A stretch of 64,000 nt of DNA from the IMG/VR virus record IMGVR_UViG_3300027760_000838; one strand, 5' to 3'. Source of the DNA: a virus. Positions 57,609 to 64,000 of the stretch are shown in pieces (positions within the stretch are counted from its first letter, which is position 1; the number at the start of each line of letters is the position of its first letter). The notes under the pieces are model-generated. The model saw nothing but the letters and a program-made list of their open reading frames with translations. It had not been told where the DNA came from and did not search any database. A program made the position numbers and the translations under genes.

Positions 57609-58907
57609 TTAAAAACCTGTTTTCACACCACGCTGGAAAGGGTAACTATGCATGGTTAAGTAGTTATCTAATACATTTTTGTACACAGAATTTTTTAAGT
57701 CTGCACTAAGCCATAAGAACTCTTGTACTACTGCTCTATCTAAAAATGGATAACGTCCCTCTAATCCATAAGCACCACTAACATACTCTTCTTTGGCTAG
57801 ATAACTTTCCATTGTGCTGCCATAGAAACTGTTCCAAGGGAATATGGTTGATAAGTCTTTAGGAAATAATCCACCAAAGTTGCTATGATGGAATATCTTA
57901 TTGCCTGCATAGCCATAGTCTGAAAATATTTCATCAGCACCACTGCCTGACAAGTATATTTTAATACCTTCCTTACTGGCTTGACTACATACTATGCTTA
58001 ATCCATTACTACCACCATCATCAATTAACATACGATGACGTTCGTTATAGTCACTGCTTGAGCTGGATATGGTGTATTGATATGGCTCAGTTCGTTCGGC
58101 AATAAAGTCGTGTGCTTCATGCCAACCAGAACGATCTATGTATTGATGATTATCTCTAATACGTTGATCAGTTATTGCTGTATCTTCACTGCCTGTTATT
58201 GTATATGCTTTATAGTTGACACCTTGTTGATCCAACGCACAGGCAATGCTGCCGCTGTCATATCCAGCACTGAGTCCAATAAAGATTCTTTCTCTAATGT
58301 TGTGTGTACGTTTGTAAATGCTTTGCTTAAATGCTCTATTCCAATCGTCGTAGTTATTTTTAAATTGTGTTAAGTCCCAAGTATAAACACTGCCAATTTT
58401 TGTTGTAGTATAGGTATTGAGATCCAAATGGAATATGCTATTCGCTGGTACTGACTGAATGTTGGTGAATCCAAGTTGTTCTAGTGGAGTGCGATATGTG
58501 CTAATACCAAAATTATCTCCTTCTACTGAGACAAATAAGGGTTTAGTTTTAAACAAGTCAGTGCTGAATATTACGCAATTACGTTCAAAGTCGGCAAGTG
58601 CCACAGCGAACTCGCCATCAAATCGTTGAGTGAATAAGTCACCGTATTCTTTATATGTGGGAATGAGCATGTATCCATCACTATCATAATGACCATAGTT
58701 GTATATTTCGCCGTTGTGCATGGCCACTATGTTGTCAACCTTAAATGGTTGTGGAGTAAATGCTCCTGATATGCTTAGTAAGTTATGTACAAATGTCACA
58801 CCGTTTTGTGTATGTACAGTGGTATGGTCTGGTCCTCGAAATTTCAAGTAGTAATTTACTTCTTCAAAATTGTCTATTGTTTTGTTTGTCAGTAATATAG
58901 AACACAT
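57609..58907 (-). CDS. Asparagine synthetase-like amidotransferase (Ntn + PP-loop)
   Basis: N-terminal MC, RGPD, HNGEIYN, DGEFA, LSAGYDS, LSGSGADEIF, RYPFLD. Confidence 0.85.
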   Translation of the reverse strand: MCSILLTNKTIDNFEEVNYYLKFRGPDHTTVHTQNGVTFVHNLLSISGAFTPQPFKVDNIVAMHNGEIYNYGHYDSDGYMLIPTYKEYGDLFTQRFDGEFAVALADFERNCVIFSTDLFKTKPLFVSVEGDNFGISTYRTPLEQLGFTNIQSVPANSIFHLDLNTYTTTKIGSVYTWDLTQFKNNYDDWNRAFKQSIYKRTHNIRERIFIGLSAGYDSGSIACALDQQGVNYKAYTITGSEDTAITDQRIRDNHQYIDRSGWHEAHDFIAERTEPYQYTISSSSSDYNERHRMLIDDGGSNGLSIVCSQASKEGIKIYLSGSGADEIFSDYGYAGNKIFHHSNFGGLFPKDLSTIFPWNSFYGSTMESYLAKEEYVSGAYGLEGRYPFLDRAVVQEFLWLSADLKNSVYKNVLDNYLTMHSYPFQRGVKTGF

Positions 58908-58958
58908 TCTAAGCCTTAATATGCTAGTATTATATTTATTTTAGGTATGTGTTATGTT

Positions 58959-59594
58959 TTAAATTATTCCAGGGTCAGTTCTTCCTAACTGGTCAAACCC
59001 CCATTGACGTTCATTGCATCCGTTACAGGATCCGCACTTACCCGGCATGTTACAACTATGAGTAAGTTCAAACAAAAATTCTTGTTTAAAATGATAAATC
59101 AAGTCTACTATGTGGCTTTTATTCAGATCTTTAAATGGAAATTTGCGGGTTTCAGTTTCTTTCCATTTAACTGGATCACGCCACCCTATGGTATGTATAG
59201 CCAGTTCTTCTATCAATCCCAAATAAACAATACTTGACTTTGCCAATACATCCATACAACCAGATTCTACTTGTCGAGGTTCTGATAGTGTAGGATCACC
59301 TACTATTTCAGTTGTTATATATGGTAAATTAAATTGATCATGCACATAATCAATTATAGATTGTGCAAATTCACAAGAGCCGTCTTTTCTAAGAATAGTA
59401 TAGGGAGTGATTTTATGTATAAATCCCTGTTCTACATTTAGTCTAACTAACAAATAGTATAATAAGGCACTGTCCATGCCCCCACTTATCAACACTCCGA
59501 CCTTTCTTCTTAAAGGATGTAAGTGGATGTTTAACGTTCTTCGATCAGCAACAGGCCCACATTCAACTGTATATCTGTGTTTAATAAAGCTCAT
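58959..59594 (-). CDS. QueC-like PP-loop ATPase (second copy)
   Basis: LISGGMDS; THSC...CGSCNGCNER. Confidence 0.72.
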   Translation of the reverse strand: MSFIKHRYTVECGPVADRRTLNIHLHPLRRKVGVLISGGMDSALLYYLLVRLNVEQGFIHKITPYTILRKDGSCEFAQSIIDYVHDQFNLPYITTEIVGDPTLSEPRQVESGCMDVLAKSSIVYLGLIEELAIHTIGWRDPVKWKETETRKFPFKDLNKSHIVDLIYHFKQEFLFELTHSCNMPGKCGSCNGCNERQWGFDQLGRTDPGII

Positions 59595-60414
59595 TTATGG
59601 ATTGTGACAATATAGTGTTAACATGGGCGTCATGAAAATATTCAGAATGTTCCTTAACAAATTCCCTGTAATAATCTTCGATCTCATTTATATTTGATAT
59701 CAAATCTCTGTAATCCCCTGCAAATTTTGAAAATTCAATAGATATTAATTTATTTGGTAGAGTTATAATTTTGTTTAAATTACGAATATTATTTTGCCAT
59801 TGTTCGTAATAAATTACTGGAACGTTGCCAAATATTTCTTTAATAAGGTTCTCGCATTTAATATACATTTCTAAATGAAATTTAATTTCATCAATAGGTA
59901 TATTAATTTTATTTTTTATATTCACACGACTAAAGGTATCTCTTTGATCGATGTTATGCCATATTTCAGTATATTTACAAATTTCTATAGAAACTATACC
60001 ATACAATACATCTATTCTTTTTAATCTTATAAAATCTATATTAGAGTTATTTTTTATTTTTCTAATAACATCTGGATAGCAACTAAGTACATTTTTTATC
60101 AAAAGACTAAAAATAGCATAGTGGTCAACACTTGCTACATCATTTAATATTGTTAGACTTTTATCGGCCCAATTATTGATTTTGATGTTATCAAAATCAA
60201 AAACAGAATCTCTTCTAAATACATCTTTAAAAGTTAAAGCAGTTTTTTTATTTTTATCAACAACCACAGTTTGTTGCGGGTTAATGGGATTTAAAAATTC
60301 ACCTAAATTTAAAATATCTAAAGATGATGAAATATAATTTCTAAAAGCATGTGACCCAGATCTAGGCTCAAGAATTACTGCTATATGTTTGTTTTTGGGC
60401 AAATTAATTTTCAT
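59581..60414 (-). CDS. Sulfotransferase-like (Stf0-type) protein
   Basis: PRSGS PAPS-loop, GEFLNP, LKRID...S, IYYE. Confidence 0.6.
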   Translation of the reverse strand: MKINLPKNKHIAVILEPRSGSHAFRNYISSSLDILNLGEFLNPINPQQTVVVDKNKKTALTFKDVFRRDSVFDFDNIKINNWADKSLTILNDVASVDHYAIFSLLIKNVLSCYPDVIRKIKNNSNIDFIRLKRIDVLYGIVSIEICKYTEIWHNIDQRDTFSRVNIKNKINIPIDEIKFHLEMYIKCENLIKEIFGNVPVIYYEQWQNNIRNLNKIITLPNKLISIEFSKFAGDYRDLISNINEIEDYYREFVKEHSEYFHDAHVNTILSQSINELY

Positions 60415-60423
60415 TACACACCA

Positions 60424-62424
60424 TCAATTGAGACAAGGACATCCGCTGCCGAACTTCCATTCTCCACAAGTACCATAATTACTACCGGCTTTTACATTAT
60501 GGCTAATTAGTCCTTCAGATATGTAAGTATGTGCATCCTTAACTGTTAATTTAACAGCAGGGGCAAGACCTAATTCTACAATGGATTTAATAGTTTTGTC
60601 AACTTCAAATCCTTTGATAACAGATTCTTCACCAATTTCAAATACCTGTTGCCAATTACCTGATGCCATTAAGAATTTATGTGATCTAGAAACACTTAAA
60701 GTTGTATTATCTGTGAAGGAGATATTTACCATAGGCTGATCCTCAATTTTCACATCTGTTACCATAAATTTACCAAATTCTTTTGTTGTTTCATGCATAG
60801 TATATACAAAATCTCCGATTTGTACTTGACCTGCAGGCTTACTGGACATATCACCCATTAATAATAACACATTTGGTGAGGGACAACCACATGGCTGACC
60901 AGTGCAATCATTTTGAGTGCATGATTGGACATCCAATGTTAATTCAAGTAAAGGGTCATCTTTTGATAAAATAGTTGGATCAAATAAAGTTCCAAATAAG
61001 GTAATTTTTACTTCTTTAGTAATAGATATATCCAAATTCCTTAAATCAAGTCTTATTTCAAAGGAATAAGAACCTACATGATTTTCTGAAACGGGTTCAT
61101 TTTGCATATTAAAATTGATGTTTACGCCATCAATTGTTACTCCATTAGGCAAATCACCTAATATTTCATATGATTTAATTAATTTCGGCACAAGAAATCT
61201 TCTCGCACTAAATTGCCCTATTCGTGATACTTGTTTTATGGGTCTCTCAATACTTGAGAAATCAGCATGACGACTATCTATGTCCACGTAACTACAAATT
61301 TTATTAACTGAAGATGAATATTTAGAATCTGATAAATCCATTATGTTTTTACGATCTGTGCTACTTATTGCATTATTTCTTTGAAATAATAACGGAAGAT
61401 CGCCTGAGTTTATTAGATATTGACTCAAATTATAAGCAATGGCTCCTGAATATATTGCACTGGATATTGAAGTTCCTGAGGCTATAGAATAGCTATTATT
61501 GCCCGGGCTTGCTACATAAATGTTTTCTCCTGGAGCCCAACTATCAAGACTTCCAAAATTAGTTAAATTAGGTGTATTACTTATAGAACTAGAAAAATTA
61601 GAAAAATTAGAAGGAATAAAATCTTGACCATATGATCCTATAGTGAATACATCAGGCATTGAAGCCGGTGTAACATCAGAAATAGGCATGCCTGAGTTAC
61701 CTGCCGATACAACCACAATCAATCCAGCATCAATTAAGCATTGAATTTTTGATTCAATAAAAGAATTTTTAGGAATACTCCAACTTAAATTGACAACTGA
61801 TACTCGATTTGATGATACTGCGGCATCTTCCAAGATTGCGTTTAGTGCAGATAATAAATCACTTTGTTTTGTAGGAATGGTTTGATCAAATATTTTAACT
61901 ACGTTTAAAGTTGCATTAGTTAATCCACATGTATTGCCAACAATCAAACTGCTTAATCCTGTTCCGTGTCCATTATTATCAGAAAACTCATTAGTAAAAG
62001 AAAACAGTAAATTTATATCTTGATCGGCAAATTCTGAATGTGTAATATCAATCCCACTATCTACCATGTAAACATTTATTCCCTCGCCGAAAATTTCAGT
62101 ATCAATAGTTGGTTGATCTAAATCTGCATTTGCGATTGAATATACTTTCCACCAATTATGATCATCACTAGAACTAAATGATTTTGTACTGGGAGTAGCT
62201 GGCATTGGAACATTCACCGTTGTCAATAGCTGTAAATGACTGTCGTCATCATTGACAATTGTACTTACTATATTGGTTAAAATAGGTTGAGTTTCTGAAC
62301 TCACTTGATAAGTTTTTTCTAATCGATTAAAAATTTTAATTTGTGAAAATTGACTATTATTAATGTATGCTTGAATTGCTTCTTCATCGGCATCGTTTTT
62401 AAAATCTATTAAATAAGTATTCAT
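60424..62424 (-). CDS. S8 subtilisin-like protease with C-terminal Hint domain and Cys-rich tail
   Basis: VDSG, HGTG, AGN and SGTS motifs; Hint domain at residues 514-643. Confidence 0.85.
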   Translation of the reverse strand: MNTYLIDFKNDADEEAIQAYINNSQFSQIKIFNRLEKTYQVSSETQPILTNIVSTIVNDDDSHLQLLTTVNVPMPATPSTKSFSSSDDHNWWKVYSIANADLDQPTIDTEIFGEGINVYMVDSGIDITHSEFADQDINLLFSFTNEFSDNNGHGTGLSSLIVGNTCGLTNATLNVVKIFDQTIPTKQSDLLSALNAILEDAAVSSNRVSVVNLSWSIPKNSFIESKIQCLIDAGLIVVVSAGNSGMPISDVTPASMPDVFTIGSYGQDFIPSNFSNFSSSISNTPNLTNFGSLDSWAPGENIYVASPGNNSYSIASGTSISSAIYSGAIAYNLSQYLINSGDLPLLFQRNNAISSTDRKNIMDLSDSKYSSSVNKICSYVDIDSRHADFSSIERPIKQVSRIGQFSARRFLVPKLIKSYEILGDLPNGVTIDGVNINFNMQNEPVSENHVGSYSFEIRLDLRNLDISITKEVKITLFGTLFDPTILSKDDPLLELTLDVQSCTQNDCTGQPCGCPSPNVLLLMGDMSSKPAGQVQIGDFVYTMHETTKEFGKFMVTDVKIEDQPMVNISFTDNTTLSVSRSHKFLMASGNWQQVFEIGEESVIKGFEVDKTIKSIVELGLAPAVKLTVKDAHTYISEGLISHNVKAGSNYGTCGEWKFGSGCPCLN
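60496..60885 (-). other. Hint (intein-like/BIL-type) domain, 130 aa, no endonuclease
   Basis: Block A CPSPNVLLLMGDMSSK..QIGDFV, block B SRSH, C-terminal HTYISEGLISHN; +1 residue is Val. Confidence 0.8.
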
Positions 62425-62429
62425 CTTTC

Positions 62430-63323
62430 TTAGTCCTTACTAATTATGTGAAGTGTTCCATGATTTCTAAGTCCTTCATATGGGTATCTAAACAAAAGAT
62501 CGAACACACGGTTGCTGGGTTTATTTGCGAATCTTAACCGATCTATCGGCTTAATCCTTTCTTGATATTTATCATAAAAATTTTTTAATTCCTCAAATCC
62601 TGTAATTTTACTAGGTTGTGGGATGATTTCAAATCCGTGCTTAAGGTATTGATCATTTTTTATAAGACAATTGTAGTCAAAAGCGTAAGCTAATTCTAGA
62701 TATTCTAAAAAAAAGAAAGGTATAACAGAAATATCTTTTCTACTTTTATATAAAGCTAACTTATGCAGCCCTAATAATGCAGGGGTTAAATATATTGGTT
62801 TTGGATTTGGAATAAAATTACCACTAAAGATTATTGTGCCCGAAGGCACTAGATCTGTCATTTTTATATGGGTACTTATCTGTGGACTTGGACATTCATA
62901 TTTTGTTGCTATGTCCTTTAAGTCATTTTCTAAAAAATCAATGACATCAAACTCTTTGAAATTAATCTCTAATTTATTAATATTCGCAAATTCTTCTAGA
63001 GTAACAAGATCGTGCTGATTCCACCATACATCATTTGATACATATTTTATTGATATGATATTAAATGGAATTCCAGATTTTAACCAGGCATAACACATTG
63101 CTTGACTATCAGTGCCACCGCTGCACATTAAATTATAAGGGGGCGGATAAGCATGCGAAATCTTTTTAACACATTTGATTGCTATATCAAGAGCAGATTC
63201 GTTTAATAAATTTTCTGGGGGCGGGGAAACCTTAATAAAAAACTCATCTTTATATTTTCTTTCCCTATTCAAATTTTCTCCCCATCCGTACTTTATCCAC
63301 CCATTTTCTCCAAATGATAACAT
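62430..63323 (-). CDS. PP-loop (adenine nucleotide alpha-hydrolase-like) protein
   Basis: LMCSGGTDS motif; no zinc cluster. Confidence 0.6.
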   Translation of the reverse strand: MLSFGENGWIKYGWGENLNRERKYKDEFFIKVSPPPENLLNESALDIAIKCVKKISHAYPPPYNLMCSGGTDSQAMCYAWLKSGIPFNIISIKYVSNDVWWNQHDLVTLEEFANINKLEINFKEFDVIDFLENDLKDIATKYECPSPQISTHIKMTDLVPSGTIIFSGNFIPNPKPIYLTPALLGLHKLALYKSRKDISVIPFFFLEYLELAYAFDYNCLIKNDQYLKHGFEIIPQPSKITGFEELKNFYDKYQERIKPIDRLRFANKPSNRVFDLLFRYPYEGLRNHGTLHIISKD

Positions 63324-63328
63324 TTAAA

Positions 63329-63529
63329 TCACCATTTTCCTTCAGGACATTCGGCATTTCTTAATTTGGTTTTTGCATCAACTATGCAAAAACATTTACG
63401 ACATTGTCGAGTGATGTTTATCAGATGTTCGCAACTGTCACAGATACTTAATCGATTCGTGCTTATTTCCTTTGGGGCAATAAGCCTGTCAGCAACTTTA
63501 GTTTTAAATTTTTCTACGATACTGGACAT
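63329..63529 (-). CDS. Small Cys-rich metal-binding protein (DUF6171-like)
   Basis: CDSC...QCRKCFC...ECPEGKW; TATAAATA at 63563-63570. Confidence 0.65.
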   Translation of the reverse strand: MSSIVEKFKTKVADRLIAPKEISTNRLSICDSCEHLINITRQCRKCFCIVDAKTKLRNAECPEGKW

Positions 63530-63569
63530 TCTTTACCTCACGTTCATATTTGATATTAAATATATTTAT

Positions 63570-64000
63570 ATGCTAATAGAACTTACTTGGGAGAAAATAT
63601 GCCCTATATGGGCCAAATACCTTTGGCCAAATAGATCAAGTTCTATAGAGCCTAACAGCGCTATGTGCTTACTCAACGGTTACGACATAGCTAATATACA
63701 ATCAATCCCTACATTCTACGGTTATATTGTAAATGATAAAATTGTAGCTGTCAATAGCGGACACGCCTGTCCTAATCAAAATAATTATAGATCTAGAGGA
63801 CTTTGGGTAGATTCTAATTACAGGGGTCAAGGCATAGCTCAACAATTATTAACAGCCACAATCAAACAAGGACAACAGGAAGGATATACCCAAATATGGA
63901 GTTATCCTAGAAGATCTAGCTGGCCAACATATAAAGCAGTGGGCTTTGAATTGGCTAGCAATTGGGAAATCAGTGAAACCAGCGAAGCTAATGCTTATTG
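63570..64000 (+). CDS. GNAT acetyltransferase (runs off the window end)
   Basis: Hand translation MLIELTWEKICPIW...RSRGLWVDSNYRGQGIAQQLL...YKAVGF; acetyl-CoA motif R-G-x-G-x-A. Confidence 0.8.
   Translation, partial: MLIELTWEKICPIWAKYLWPNRSSSIEPNSAMCLLNGYDIANIQSIPTFYGYIVNDKIVAVNSGHACPNQNNYRSRGLWVDSNYRGQGIAQQLLTATIKQGQQEGYTQIWSYPRRSSWPTYKAVGFELASNWEISETSEANAY

Noticed and set aside
60496-60885. Canonical mobile intein
   Set aside because: No homing endonuclease, +1 residue is Val, and it sits 23 aa from the C-terminus rather than in a conserved active site
1-64000. CRISPR array, diversity-generating retroelement or stop-codon reassignment
   Set aside because: No repeat-spacer array or reverse transcriptase seen, long genes are intact in code 11, and there is no suppressor tRNA

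Overview
A gene-dense segment, almost all on the minus strand, of a large T4-like (jumbo-type) lytic phage genome read with the standard code. It shows no rRNA, integrase, CRISPR array or reverse transcriptase. Phage identity rests on TATAAATA late-promoter motifs, gp9/gp10-like baseplate N-termini, fibre genes, a clamp loader, an ATP-dependent ligase and a tRNA cluster. HemC and HemE sequences suggest a betaproteobacterial (Burkholderiales-like) host; this is an inference. Layout: 1-5.2 kb phoH, clamp loader, GroES and a stand-alone DnaE fragment. 5.2-27.4 kb virion/baseplate/fibre module with collagen-like proteins, an S8 protease, a DUF616 glycosyltransferase and an inverted methyltransferase-like/QueC-like pair. 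27.4-44.7 kb host-takeover and metabolic genes (erpA, uvsE, UDP-xylose synthase, queD, BI-1/YccA, ligase, clpP). 44.7-52 kb RNA-rich region with hemE-hemC, an rpoZ-like gene, ppiC, nine tRNAs, an HNH nuclease and three unannotated structured-RNA candidates. 52-64 kb glycan-modification cluster and an AT-rich block with PP-loop enzymes and an S8 protease carrying a Hint domain. Best leads: (1) an anticodon-less tRNA-Leu-like RNA with its own promoter; (2) a ~240-nt element closed by a perfect 21-bp inverted repeat between tRNA-Glu and a minimal HNH gene; (3) a ~240-nt folded 3' RNA after a 188-aa coiled-coil gene; (4) an S8 protease-Hint-Cys-rich peptide fusion. All calls were made by eye from motifs; no database search or folding program was run.
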